From an uncultured Verrucomicrobiae bacterium (GTDB lineage Bacteria; Verrucomicrobiota; Verrucomicrobiia; Chthoniobacterales; UBA10450), in contig CAVSDR010000003.1 of NCBI GenBank assembly GCA_963726745.1, positions 832,001 through 896,000 on the forward strand: 64,000 nucleotides of DNA, given 5' to 3'. Made by a program: the position numbers and the translations under genes. Of this stretch, positions 9,015 through 19,682 are shown piece after piece; within the stretch, counting starts at the first letter, position 1; every line of letters starts with the position of its first letter. The notes beneath the pieces were generated by a model that had not been told where the DNA came from, searched no databases, and was given only the letters and a program-made list of their open reading frames with translations.

Positions 9015-12000
9015 CTAGGGCGCGGGCTCGACCCGGTAGAAGCCGCGCGGCTGCAGGACCGCGCCGAAATCAGTCAGCAAGATGTCGCCCCCGGTGCCGA
9101 TGAGTTGGTCCTCGAAGAGGCTCCAGGGCGCCCCCAGGAAATCCTCCCGCAAGTCGAGCCGATAGGTGCGCCCGGCCACGCTGCGAAAGGCGAGCACGAC
9201 GTCGTTCCCGTCGCGCAGGACCGCGGTGAAGGCCAGCCGGCTGACGGGATTTTTCGGGTCGGTCCCGGCGCGAAACTCGCGCCCATTGCTCTCACCATCG
9301 CCATCGAAATCATCCTGCGCGCGGGAGCGATCGCTCGCGAGGCCGGCGGCGTGGCCGAAATGCGCCAGCATGTAGCCATCGGGGAGGCCATCGCCATCGA
9401 CGTCGCCGCCGGCCACGGCCAGGGGAGCGGAGAAGCTGGAGGTGTTCCCCAGCGGATCGGTCGCGGTCGCAGTCGCCACCACGCCCGGGGAGAGCGCGGT
9501 GGCTAACGAGACGTTGAAGACCAGCTGGCCGCTGCCGTCGGTCGTGCGATTGATCGTGCCGAGGAAGGTGCGGCCCTGGCTGCCGCTGGCGCTCGCGAAA
9601 AACTCCAGCCGATAGCTCGTGCCGGCGGCGCTCGTGAGGCTGCCGGCAAGATCGCAGCCGTCGGGATTTCCCGGTGGGCTGGCCGTGGCCGCGCTCAGCA
9701 CCGGTGCCGCTTGCAGGTTGTTCCCGCCGCCGAAGAGTCCGATGCCGTTGAAGGCGTTGGCAAAAATGGAGTTGCCCGAGACCGTGTTCCGCACGGGGTT
9801 TAGATCGCCAATGGTGACGCCGTCGCCCTGGTTGCCAGCGATGAGATTGCTCGCGCCCGCGGTGCTCCCGCCGATGAGGTTCCCGCTGGCGCCCTGGTAA
9901 ATCCCCACGCCGGAGAAGGCGTTGCCTAACGAGACGGTGCCGGTGGCATCGAAGCCGATGGTGTTGCCCTGGACGACATTCCCATCGGACCCGGCGCCCA
10001 GGATAATGATCCCGCTGTTTAAATTCCCGGAGATGACGTTGCGGGCGCCGGCGCGGCCGCCGATCTGATTGCCGTGCGCGCCGCCGAAGATGCCGACGCC
10101 GGAGAAGTGGTTGCCTAACGAGCCCTGGCCGGTGGCATCGGTGCCGATGTAATTTCCCTGGACAGCGTTGTTCGAGGTCGCGCCATCGAAGAAGGCGAGG
10201 CCATCGCCGCCATTCCCGGAGATGAGGTTGCGCTGGGTGGGCGAGCTCCCGCCCACGAGGTTGAGCTGCGCGCCGTCGAAGAGGGAGACGCCGGCGTAGC
10301 CATTCCCGAGCGCGGCCTGGCCCGTTGAATTCGTGCCGATGAAGTTGCCCTGCACGAGGTTCGAGCTCGTGCCGGGGCCCGCCACGATCACGCCCTCGGC
10401 CGCGTTCCCCGAAAGGAGGTTCCCCGGGCCGATGAGGTTGTTTTTGGCGCCGTCGTAAACCGCCACGCCGGAGTAGCGATAATTATTTGGCACATCCGCG
10501 AAACCGTTTCCCAGCGAGGCACTGCCGCTCGCATCGGTGCCGATGAAATTACCCTGCACATTGTTGTGCTCGGTGCCGAAGCCGCTCACGGCGATGCCGC
10601 CGCCGGCGTTCCCCGAGATGAGGTTGCGCGCCGCCGCCGTCGCCCCGCCGATGAGGTTATCGTGGGCGCCGCCGTAAAGGCTCACGCCGGGATAGAAAAT
10701 GTGATTCACCGGATCGAGGAAACCGTTCCCGGCCGCGCTGGTGCCCGCGGCGTCGGTGCCGAGGTAATTTCCGGCCACGACATTGCCGGTGGCGCTACTC
10801 CCATAGAGGAGCACGCCAGCGAGGTTGAACCCGCGGATGACAAGATTGCGCAAGGCGCAGCCGCTCTCCCGCAGCACGAAACCCGCGGCGCTCACCAAGC
10901 CGTCGTTCTTCATCAGGGAACCATCGAGCACCACCTCCGGGCCGGCGGGATTCGTATTGCCGGAGAAACTGGTCTGCGTGGCGCCGTCGAGAGTGGTCCC
11001 GGCGCCGGGCGCGGTCAGGAGTGACGTCGGTTGAATCGTGAACACGCCGCCGGCAAAACCGGGATCGCTCGCAGGGATGTTGAAGACGAGGACGGTCGGC
11101 AAAGGCGAGAGCGCCATCGCGCGATCGACACTGAAATAGAGCGCGCTGCGCAAGCTGCCCGGGCCGCTATCGCGCGTGTTCGTGATCACCGCGCTCGGCA
11201 ATGGCGAGGGCGCGCCATAGACCGCGCCGAGCCCGGCGCGGTCGAGCGTGCTCAAGGTGCGGTCGAAGACGTTCCCCATGAGATCGGCAAACTGCGCGTA
11301 AGCCGGCAAGGGCGTGATCGTGTCCACCTTCGGATCGAGCGCGAGCGCGTTCCGCCGGTAGTGCATCACCGAGAGAAAGTCGTAGCTGCCCTGCGCCGTC
11401 GAGCCGGGGACGATGGTAAAGTTTGGCTGATCGGCCGGGGCGATATTGCTGAAATTGATTGTGACGTAGCTGTCGCGATCGGTCCGCTGCATCTCGTGCC
11501 ACAGCCCAAGCGCATGGCCGGCCTCGTGGCAAATGGTGCCGCGGTTCCACGCGTTCGGCCCGAACTCGAGGAACTGTTCCCCGCCAGCCATCCCGACAGC
11601 GCTGGAATAGCCGCCGCCTAACGAGTTGTTCTGCCGGACGGTGACGTAGTTTGCCTGCGCGCTGGTCGACTCGAGGAATTGCACCCCGGCCCAGGCCTCC
11701 CACTCGCGCACGCTGTCGCGGAATTGCCGCATCTTCGCCGCGGTGATGGTGCCGTTCGTGACCTGCGCGGGATCGAAGCGGAATGGAATCTTGCCCGCCG
11801 TCCATTTGAAGGCCGAGCCGCCGGGCGTGACCGCGTCGGTCTCGAGCTTGCGGCCGCGGCCGTCGCGCTGGGCGAGCAATTGCTCCCGCCAGGCGCGCAG
11901 CTGCGCCGGCCGCACACCCACATCGCCAAAGCGGAGCACGCGCGCGCCTTTTTCCTGCGTGGCCAGCAGGCGATCGTAGACCGCCAGGTCGTCGTCAAAA

Positions 12001-12080
12001 CCGGCGGCCCGGGTCGAGGAGAACGCTGCGAACGCGAGCCACGCGGTCGCACACCAGCACCGCAGTTGTGCATTTTTCAT
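9015..12080 (-). CDS. Secreted astacin (M12A) metalloprotease with parallel beta-helix repeats and a C-terminal DxDGDG domain
   Basis: HEAGHALGLWH zinc motif, SVMHY Met-turn, repeated N.VQGN.IG units, DVDGDGLPD...EFRAGTDP tail. Confidence 0.85.
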   Translation of the reverse strand: MKNAQLRCWCATAWLAFAAFSSTRAAGFDDDLAVYDRLLATQEKGARVLRFGDVGVRPAQLRAWREQLLAQRDGRGRKLETDAVTPGGSAFKWTAGKIPFRFDPAQVTNGTITAAKMRQFRDSVREWEAWAGVQFLESTSAQANYVTVRQNNSLGGGYSSAVGMAGGEQFLEFGPNAWNRGTICHEAGHALGLWHEMQRTDRDSYVTINFSNIAPADQPNFTIVPGSTAQGSYDFLSVMHYRRNALALDPKVDTITPLPAYAQFADLMGNVFDRTLSTLDRAGLGAVYGAPSPLPSAVITNTRDSGPGSLRSALYFSVDRAMALSPLPTVLVFNIPASDPGFAGGVFTIQPTSLLTAPGAGTTLDGATQTSFSGNTNPAGPEVVLDGSLMKNDGLVSAAGFVLRESGCALRNLVIRGFNLAGVLLYGSSATGNVVAGNYLGTDAAGTSAAGNGFLDPVNHIFYPGVSLYGGAHDNLIGGATAAARNLISGNAGGGIAVSGFGTEHNNVQGNFIGTDASGSASLGNGFADVPNNYRYSGVAVYDGAKNNLIGPGNLLSGNAAEGVIVAGPGTSSNLVQGNFIGTNSTGQAALGNGYAGVSLFDGAQLNLVGGSSPTQRNLISGNGGDGLAFFDGATSNNAVQGNYIGTDATGQGSLGNHFSGVGIFGGAHGNQIGGRAGARNVISGNLNSGIIILGAGSDGNVVQGNTIGFDATGTVSLGNAFSGVGIYQGASGNLIGGSTAGASNLIAGNQGDGVTIGDLNPVRNTVSGNSIFANAFNGIGLFGGGNNLQAAPVLSAATASPPGNPDGCDLAGSLTSAAGTSYRLEFFASASGSQGRTFLGTINRTTDGSGQLVFNVSLATALSPGVVATATATDPLGNTSSFSAPLAVAGGDVDGDGLPDGYMLAHFGHAAGLASDRSRAQDDFDGDGESNGREFRAGTDPKNPVSRLAFTAVLRDGNDVVLAFRSVAGRTYRLDLREDFLGAPWSLFEDQLIGTGGDILLTDFGAVLQPRGFYRVEPAP
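9770..10800 (-). repeat. Intragenic degenerate tandem repeats (about 5 units of ~55-65 aa, beta-helix)
   Basis: Recurring N.V.GN.IGT.ATG...LGN...GV.....A..N.IGG.....RN.ISGN units in the translation. Confidence 0.75.
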
Positions 12081-12150
12081 GGGAGAATTTTCCTTTCGCC
12101 CGCGACCCGGCAGCATGCCGGAAAAGCCCCTCTCCTGGCAAGCTCGCTGA

Positions 12151-12447
12151 CTAAAACGCGAGCGCGCCGCGGAGGTAAAACGCGAGGAACGCCAGGAGGA
12201 GGCCGATCGCCGCCAGCCACCAGATCCAGCGCAGGCCGTGCGGCCGCGGCGATTTGCCGCCAAACTCGCGCGCAACGAACTCCTCGTAATCGAAATCGTC
12301 GTCGGCCTCGGGCAGGTCGAGCGCGTCCACGTGCGCTGCATCTTCGCGCCAGCCGGAGCGTTCATCCGCGCCGCACTCCGGGCAGGCGAGGGCGCGCGGC
12401 GGGACCTCTTCGCCGCAGACTGGACAAATTTCGGGCGCGCGGCTCAT
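12151..12447 (-). CDS. Zinc-ribbon protein with C-terminal membrane anchor
   Basis: CPVC-x10-CPEC, acidic linker, terminal hydrophobic helix; ATGA overlap with the upstream gene. Confidence 0.75.
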   Translation of the reverse strand: MSRAPEICPVCGEEVPPRALACPECGADERSGWREDAAHVDALDLPEADDDFDYEEFVAREFGGKSPRPHGLRWIWWLAAIGLLLAFLAFYLRGALAF

Positions 12448-12852
12448 CGCAATTCGCGCCGGACGACAAATTTCAAAGCCGACCAAGTGGCGTCGACCGC
12501 ACAGACTTTGATGTCGACCAACCCCAGCGGGAGAATGATCTCGCGCAGCAAATCCTCGGTGAGGTCGGTAGCCACGCCGGACGTTTTTTTCGGCCAGGAA
12601 ATCCAGAGCGCCGCGTCCGGCGCGATCTCTGGGCGCAAAGCCACGAGCCGCTTTTCGAGCGCCGCGCGCGAAGTCACGAAACAGGTGAACCAGCTGGCTA
12701 TTTTTCCCGGGGCGCGCCGACCAGGCGATCGTCTGCTCGGCCGGCAACTCGAGGAGCGCGCGGTAATTCTCCGGCGGATGCTCGACCGCGACGCGCAGGC
12801 CATCGCGGTAACCGAGTTTCTTCCAGAGCGGAGTCTGCGAGTAGCCGGCCAT
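12444..12852 (-). CDS. DUF3052 family protein with a +1 frameshift near 12680 (probable sequencing error)
   Basis: MAGYSQTPLWKKLG...VHLF continues in another frame as VTSRAALE...WISWPKKTSGV.TDL...LVDIKVCAVD.TWSALK. Confidence 0.75.
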
Positions 12853-12920
12853 AGGTGCGGGTTGCGAGGGTTGCCGAACGATTGGAGCATGACCTCGCCT
12901 ACGCCGGCCACTTCTATTTT

Positions 12921-15014
12921 ATGAACGCAAAACTTCTTCTCGTCCTCCTCGCCTTCGCCGCGCACGCCCACGCGCAAAGTCCGTCGCCCGCGCCCGCGGC
13001 CGGGAAGCGCGCTTTCACTTTCGAGGACATGATGAAGCTGAAACGCGTGGGCGCGGCGGCGCCGTCGCCCGATGGCAAATGGGTCGTCTTCGACGCGGTC
13101 GACGTCGACCTGGCGGAGAATTCCAAGAAGTCGCACCTCTGGATTGTGCCTGCGGCTGGCGGCGAGGCGCGGCGTTTGAACCGGACGGAAAACCAGGAAG
13201 AGCGGCCGCGTTTTTCCCCTGATGGGAAGCAGCTCATCTTCACTTCGAAAGCAACCGATCCGACGCAGATCTGGATGGCTGATTTCGACAACGCAGCCGG
13301 CGCGATCAAGGGCGCGCCGCATCAGGTGACGAATCTTTCCACCGGCGCTGATGGCGGGATTTGGTCGCCGGACGGGAAGCACATCGTTTTCCTCTCGAGC
13401 GTTTATCCGGAGTGCAAAGACGATGCCTGCAACAAACAGCGCGAGGAAGCGCAGGCGAAGAGCAAGGTGAAGGCGAAGATTTTCACCCGGCTCTTCACGC
13501 GCCACTGGAGCAGCTACAGCGATTTCAAGCGCAGCCATCTCTTTGTGATCAGCGAGCACTCGCGCGCGGAGCAACCGGAGAGCACGCCGGCGATGGATTT
13601 GACCCCGGGCGACCACGACGTCCCGCCGTTTAATCTTGGCGCGCCGGACATGTATGCGGTCTCGCCCGACGGCCAGGAAGTGGCCTACACGAGCAACGTC
13701 GACGCGCAGGAAGCCACGAGCACAAACAACGAGATTTTCCTGGTCCCGATCACCGGCGGCACACCGAAGAAAATTTCCACCAGCCCCGGGAATGATCACA
13801 CCCCGCGTTACTCGCCCGATGGAAAGTTGCTCGCCTGGCTCTCGATGGAACGCGCTGGCTTCGAGGCCGACCGGAACCGGTTGATGATTTACCAGCGAGA
13901 TGGCGGCGCGCTGCGCGAGGCGACGGCGGGCTGGGATCGCTCAGTCGGGAGCTACCTCTGGACGACCGATTCGGCCGGCTTTCTCCTCGCTGCCGAAGAT
14001 CACGGCGAGGCGCCGATTTACTCGCTCGCGCTTGAAGGCAAGCCGAAGGAGCTCGCACGCCTGCATGCGGATGACCTGGCGCTGCCGGCCGATGGCAAGA
14101 CGCTTTTCTTCAGCCGCGTTTCCGCGACCGCGCCGAGCGAAATCTGGCGGCTCGATCTCTCCTCCAACCAGCCGGCGGCGGTCACGAAAATCAACGACGC
14201 GCTGCTGGCCGGGATCGCGCTGCAACCGCTGGAGCCATTCACTTTCAAAGGCGCGAAAGGCGAGGAGGTCCAGGGGTTCCTGGTCAAGCCGCCGAACTTC
14301 CAGCCTAACGAGAAGTATCCCCTGAAGTTTTTGATCCACGGCGGGCCGCAAGGCGCCTGGGGCAATAGCTGGAGCTACCGCTGGAACCCGCAGCTCTTCG
14401 CCGCCAGCGGCAACTACGTCGTGGTCATGATCAACTTCCACGGCTCCACCGGCTACGGGCAGAAATTTACCGACGCGATCAGCGGCGACTGGGGCGGCGC
14501 GCCCTACGAGGATTTAATGAAAGGGCTCGACTACGCGGAGCAGACCTACCCATTCATCGACCAGACGCGCGAGGCTGCGCTCGGCGCGAGCTACGGCGGC
14601 TACATGGCGAACTGGATCATGGGCCACACCGATCGCTTCCGCTGCATCGTCTCGCACGATGGGATGTTCAATACCGAGGCCGCTTACGGGACCACCGAGG
14701 AGCTTTGGTTCCCGGAGTGGGAGTTTAAGGGCACCCCATGGGAGAACCGCGAAAACTACCGCAAATGGTCGCCGCATCTCCACGCCGACAAATTCAAGAC
14801 GCCCACGCTGGTGGTGCATGGTCAGCTCGATTACCGGCTCGATGTAAGCGAAGGCCTCCAGCTCTTCACCACGCTCCAACGCCGCGGCGTTCCCTCGAAG
14901 ATGCTCTACTTCCCGGACGAAGGGCATTGGGTGCTCAAGCCACAGAACGCACAGCTCTGGTATAAAACGGTCAATGACTGGGTCGACCAGTGGTGCGCAG
15001 TGAAGGGGAAATGA
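12921..15014 (+). CDS. Secreted S9 family (dipeptidyl/prolyl oligo-) peptidase
   Basis: Signal peptide, SPDG propeller repeats, IHGGP, GASYGG, DYR and DEGH catalytic motifs. Confidence 0.92.
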   Translation: MNAKLLLVLLAFAAHAHAQSPSPAPAAGKRAFTFEDMMKLKRVGAAAPSPDGKWVVFDAVDVDLAENSKKSHLWIVPAAGGEARRLNRTENQEERPRFSPDGKQLIFTSKATDPTQIWMADFDNAAGAIKGAPHQVTNLSTGADGGIWSPDGKHIVFLSSVYPECKDDACNKQREEAQAKSKVKAKIFTRLFTRHWSSYSDFKRSHLFVISEHSRAEQPESTPAMDLTPGDHDVPPFNLGAPDMYAVSPDGQEVAYTSNVDAQEATSTNNEIFLVPITGGTPKKISTSPGNDHTPRYSPDGKLLAWLSMERAGFEADRNRLMIYQRDGGALREATAGWDRSVGSYLWTTDSAGFLLAAEDHGEAPIYSLALEGKPKELARLHADDLALPADGKTLFFSRVSATAPSEIWRLDLSSNQPAAVTKINDALLAGIALQPLEPFTFKGAKGEEVQGFLVKPPNFQPNEKYPLKFLIHGGPQGAWGNSWSYRWNPQLFAASGNYVVVMINFHGSTGYGQKFTDAISGDWGGAPYEDLMKGLDYAEQTYPFIDQTREAALGASYGGYMANWIMGHTDRFRCIVSHDGMFNTEAAYGTTEELWFPEWEFKGTPWENRENYRKWSPHLHADKFKTPTLVVHGQLDYRLDVSEGLQLFTTLQRRGVPSKMLYFPDEGHWVLKPQNAQLWYKTVNDWVDQWCAVKGK

Positions 15015-15050
15015 TTGCCCGGTCGCAAATGAGATGATATTTTGTCTCAA
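15015..15050 (+). promoter_or_regulatory. Putative sigma70 promoter and inverted-repeat operator of the TA operon
   Basis: TTGCCC-17 bp-TATTTT with extended -10 TG; TGAGA-N10-TCTCA (15030-15049) spans the -10; ATG lies 7 bp after the -10. Confidence 0.5.
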
Positions 15051-15446
15051 ATGAAAGCCGGCAGCCGCAAGCTCCTCACGCCGCAGCAATTGGTTCAAGT
15101 GGTCCAGAAAGGTCTGGATTTGGGCGAATTGGAAAAACTGCGCGCCGAGCTCGGCTTGCCGCTCGATCAACTGGCGGAAAAACTCGGGATCGCCCGCGCC
15201 ACCTTGCATCGGCGGAAAGCAGCCGGCCGCCTCGGGCTTGATGAGTCGGACAAGGTGCTGCGTTTCGCGCGTCTGTTTCACCAGGCGGAGAAGGTCCTCG
15301 GCGGCGCGGAGGAAGCGCGGCAATGGCTGGCCGCTCCGCAGTATGGCCTCGGCGGCGCGGTCCCGCTGGATTACGCCCGCACCGAAGTGGGCGCGCGCGA
15401 AGTGGAGAACCTGCTCGGCGCGATCGAGCACAGCATCTATTACTAA
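15051..15446 (+). CDS. Xre/MbcA/ParS-type antitoxin
   Basis: HTH (LAEKLGIARATLHRRK), A..WL..P...LGG..PLD and G..EVE.LL; directly upstream of a RES gene. Confidence 0.88.
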   Translation: MKAGSRKLLTPQQLVQVVQKGLDLGELEKLRAELGLPLDQLAEKLGIARATLHRRKAAGRLGLDESDKVLRFARLFHQAEKVLGGAEEARQWLAAPQYGLGGAVPLDYARTEVGAREVENLLGAIEHSIYY

Positions 15447-15912
15447 ATGCCGGCCGGCTGGCGGATCGTGAAGGCGCCATACGCGGCCGTCGCTTTCAGC
15501 GGCGAAGGCGCACGCCGCTGGCGTGGACGCTGGCACTCGCGCGGGACCGCGGTGGTTTACCTGAGCGAGCACCAATCGCTCGCCGCGCTCGAGCTTTTCG
15601 TGCACCTCCGGCCGCTCCCGGTGCGGGGCGATTACGTGCTCGCGGGCGCGGAGTGGGACGAGGACTTCATGGAGAGCTTGAGCGCGCGGCAATTGCCAGC
15701 GGATTGGCGCCTGCTGCCGCCGGGACCGGCTACGGCTGCGATCGGCGATCGCTGGGTCCGCGAAGCCCGCTCCGCGGTGCTGCGCGTGCCGAGCGCGATC
15801 ATCCCGACGGAGTCGAACTTCCTCTTCAATCCCGCGCACCCCGACTTTCGCCGCATTCGCCTGCGCAAGCCGGCACCGTTCGCCTTCGATCCCGCGGCTG
15901 CTGCCGGCGTGA
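15447..15912 (+). CDS. RES domain toxin; an extra C near 15892 causes apparent read-through
   Basis: WRI, SGEGA...GRW, VYLSE..SLA.LE, VPSAI.P.E.N.L.NP.H; removing one C gives the typical end FDPRLLPA* at TGA 15910-15912. Confidence 0.85.
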
Positions 15913-15966
15913 ACCGCGGCGGAGATTGTCTCGCGCCGCGTGAACGGATAGAACGCGCACAGCCCA

Positions 15967-18071
15967 ATGAATTGCTCGCTCCGGATCGTTGGTCTGCTCG
16001 CGCTCATCTCGCTGGCTGTTTCCGCAAACGCCGCGCCGGAGGCGACGCTTGTCCCTTTCCGGTTAGAGGCGCCGCAGGCACAGGCGGTTTTCCTCGCGGG
16101 CGAATTCAATCATTGGAGCACGAGCGCCACCCCGATGCAGCGCGACGGCCAGGGCCGCTGGAGCGTGAGCGTGCCCCTGCTTGAGGGGCAGCACAGCTAC
16201 AAGTTTCTGATCGACGGAAAGTGGGAGATCGATCCGATGAATCCCGAGGTCACGACCGATGGCTTCGGCGGGAAAAACTCGGTCGTGAAGGTGATCGACG
16301 ATCGGATCGATCCGGTAGTCGAGGAGAAGGACGCGGTCGGCGCAGAAGCGGCGCGGCTGCTCGGGCAAGGCGAATTCGCAGCGCTCGAAAAACGCGCGCA
16401 GGAATATCGCGAAACCAAGGCGTGCTATTCCGATGGCCTCTGGATGTTGACCAATTTCTACGACGGCTTGGGCGCGGAAAACGAAATGCGCGACCATGCG
16501 GATTGGCAGCCTTGGTTTGAAAAAATCGAGCGCTGGGGCCGCGAGTTTCCCGAATCGATCACGCAGCCGGTGGTATTGGCAAACGGCTGGCGCAAGTATG
16601 CCGAAGAGGCGCGGAGCGTGGCGCCGCCGGGCGATGAAAAGGCGCGCGCCACTGGCCAGGGAACGCCTCGCAAAAGCGCGCACCATCCTTAAGGCGGCCG
16701 AGAATTTGCCAGCGCGTTGTCCGGTCTGGTATTCGGCCATGCAACAGCTCGCGCTCGCGCAGGGCTGGGAGCGCGAGGAATTCGAAAAGCTGCTGGCCGC
16801 GGCTGCGGGCGCGGAGCCGACCTACTATTCCTATTACGCGAATGCGGCGCTCTATTTTCAGGGCCAGGGGCGCGGCGCGTGGGAGAAAGTGGCGGAAGAG
16901 GCAGCCGAGAAATACGATCCCGCGGAAGGCATGGCCGCGTATGCGCGCACCGTTTGGTTCATGGAGCCGCGCTTCGGGAACCTCTTCGCGGAATCGGTCG
17001 TCGCCTGGCCGAAGCTGCGCCAGGGCTTTCTCGAGATCGAGAAGCGCTACCCGAATTCGCGTTGGAATTTAAATGCCTTTTGCCGCTTTGCGGTCCGCGC
17101 GGGCGACCGGCAAACAGCCAGCGAGCTCTTCGCTCGCATCGGCGCGAAGGGCGACCCGGATTGGGGCGGCTACGCGAGCTATGAGATGGCGCGGCTCTGG
17201 GCCGACCCGGCGACGCCTTCCTGGCGGATCGCTCCCATCCGCACGCTCAAGCCGAAATCGATCGTGCACGCCCTCGCCTTCTCGCCGGATGGCGGTGGTG
17301 TTTTCCGCCGATGGCAAGATGCTCGCGGCTGGGGCCGGTCAAACCTGGCGACCGACGGAGCCGGGCGTGGCCAAGGTCTGGGAAGTCTCGAGCAAACAAG
17401 AGATCGCCGCGGGCAAACCCACCGGCGTGGTCTGGAAAGTCGCCTTCACCCCGGATGGCAAAACCCTCGCGCTCTCCGGCGGGCAATGGGAAAGCCAGGC
17501 CGAGTCGAGCCTGCTCGACCTGGCGACGAAACAACTCCGCGCGCTTCCCTGGACTACGGGGCACGATCACGTGCTCAAGGGCGTGGCCATCTCGCCGGAT
17601 GGGGAGTCGCTGGTGACGGATTGTTATCAATCGATCACGGTCTGGAGTTTGACCGAGAACCGCGTTGTCTTCGAGCAGCGGAAGGTGCTGAAGGATTTCG
17701 TCCTAAAGCTCGCCTTCGCGCCCGACGGCAAAACGCTCGTGACCTGCGGCGCACCGATGCGCGGGCACAATGATGCCGAGCCGGGCGAGCTCACGCTCTG
17801 GGACACGACAACATGGAAACCGCGCAGCCCGCGCGCGCAAACCGATGCCGGCGGTCTGGTGGCGGTGGCTTATTCCGCTGATGGAAAGTGGATCGCGGGC
17901 GGCGGCTACGATCGTGCGGTCCACGTCTGGGACGCAGCGACCTTGGAGTCGAAAGTGATCTACCTCGGACACGAGGACATGATTGATGCGGTCGCCTTCT
18001 CGCCCGATGGCGCCATCCTGGCCTCCGGCGGCTACGACGGCACGATCAAGCTCTGGCGTTTCCCTCGTTAG
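15967..18071 (+). CDS. Secreted multidomain protein: CBM48-like, DUF4034-like helical and WD40 propeller domains; two frameshifts (~16650, ~17295)
   Basis: V.LAGEFN.W...G.HSYKF.IDGKW..DP.NP in ORF 15967; helical region continues in ORF 16496; WD40 repeats in ORF 17073. Confidence 0.65.
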
Positions 18072-18183
18072 GCCGAAATTTAGCCTACTCGTTGTCCGCC
18101 GGGGGAGGAAGTGCTTGGCCGGCACGCCTGTTGACCAATCAAGCGTTGAGAGATTGGGCGATTGCGCCAAAATTACCCTCCCG

Positions 18184-19638
18184 ATGCAGCCCACCATCCT
18201 GATCGTCGATGACGAGAAGCACACCCGCGATGGCATGCGGCGTTTGCTCGAGGATGAATATGACGTCTATGTCGCGGGCGACATCGCCGGGGCGATGGAT
18301 GTGCTCGAGCGCGACCCAGTCGATGTGCTCATTACCGACCTGCGCCTCGCGGGCGACGACGGGATGAACTTGATCGAGCGCGCGCTGAAGATGGGCCGCC
18401 CGCCGATTTGCATCATGATGACGGCCTACGGCTCGGTCGACACCGCAGTCGAGGCGATGAAGCGCGGGGCCTACGATTTCGTGACCAAGCCGTTGAACCT
18501 CGACAAGCTCGAGATTCTGATCGCGCGCGCGCTCGCTGGACGGAAGATGGAGCAGGAAAATCGCTCCCTCCGCCAGCAGGTGGACGAGCGGTTCGGCCTG
18601 GAAAACATCATCGGCGAATCGCCCGCGCTGCACGAAGTGCTTACCACCATCCGGCAGGTCGCGCCCTCGAATGCAAACGTGCTGCTCGATGGCGAGAGCG
18701 GCACCGGCAAGGAACTGGCGGCGCACGCGATCCACAATCTCAGCCGGCGAAGCAAGGCCAAGTTCGTCGCGGTGCACTGCGCCGCGCTCTCGCCGACGCT
18801 GCTGGAGAGCGAGCTTTTCGGGCACGAGCGCGGCGCTTTCACCGGGGCGCACGAGCGCCGCCTGGGCCGCTTCGAGCAGGCCAACGGCGGCACCATTTTC
18901 CTCGATGAGATCGGCGAGATCGACCCGAGCACGCAGGTGAAATTGCTCCGCGTGATCAGCGAAGAGCGCTCCTTCGAACGCGTGGGCGGGAACCAATTAT
19001 TGAAAGCCGATGTGCGCCTGGTCGCGGCCACCAACAAGGATCTCGCGAAGCTCGTGAGCGAGGGAAAATTCCGCGAGGACCTCTTCTTTCGGCTGAACGT
19101 GGTCCACATCACGATGCCGCCGTTGCGCGACCGGAAAGAGGACATCCCGCTGCTGGTGCGCGGCTTCCTGAAACACTTTTGCCGGGTGAACGATAAGCCG
19201 CTGCTCGACCTGACGAGCGACGCCATGAGCTTGCTGCTGAACCACAATTGGCCCGGAAATGTGCGTGAGCTCCGGACCGCGATCGAGCACGGCGTGGTCA
19301 TGGCCAACGGCCCCAAGATCACCGTGCGCGAGCTGCCCATGAGCGTGCGCCAGAACGCGACCGCGAACTTGCCCGCCGGGATCACGCCGGCGCGCGCCTG
19401 GAGCGAGCGCCCGAGCCCGCTCGACCTCCACGAGACCGAGCGCCGCCTGATCATGCAGGCCCTGGCCACGACCAAGGGGAACATCACCGCCGCGGCAAAA
19501 AAGCTCGGGATTAGCCGGCGCACTCTGCACCGAAAGATCAATGAAATGAACGCCGAAAAGGACGCGGCCACGGCCGCGGAAAATCCCGCAGCGACGGGCG
19601 CCGCGGACGAAGAGATTGCTCGACTTCCCGGGGAATGA
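18184..19638 (+). CDS. Sigma54-dependent NtrC/AtoC family response regulator
   Basis: Receiver domain, GESGTGKE, ESELFGHERGAFTGA, WPGNVREL and Fis-type HTH. Confidence 0.93.
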   Translation: MQPTILIVDDEKHTRDGMRRLLEDEYDVYVAGDIAGAMDVLERDPVDVLITDLRLAGDDGMNLIERALKMGRPPICIMMTAYGSVDTAVEAMKRGAYDFVTKPLNLDKLEILIARALAGRKMEQENRSLRQQVDERFGLENIIGESPALHEVLTTIRQVAPSNANVLLDGESGTGKELAAHAIHNLSRRSKAKFVAVHCAALSPTLLESELFGHERGAFTGAHERRLGRFEQANGGTIFLDEIGEIDPSTQVKLLRVISEERSFERVGGNQLLKADVRLVAATNKDLAKLVSEGKFREDLFFRLNVVHITMPPLRDRKEDIPLLVRGFLKHFCRVNDKPLLDLTSDAMSLLLNHNWPGNVRELRTAIEHGVVMANGPKITVRELPMSVRQNATANLPAGITPARAWSERPSPLDLHETERRLIMQALATTKGNITAAAKKLGISRRTLHRKINEMNAEKDAATAAENPAATGAADEEIARLPGE

Positions 19639-19682
19639 CATCGACAAATCCCGCGTGCTCATCCTGCCGTTAATCTCTCGTC

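Noticed and set aside
18119..18135. Sigma54 promoter CGGCACG-N4-TTGA upstream of the NtrC-like gene
   Set aside because: The conserved -12 GC is GA here, so support is too weak.
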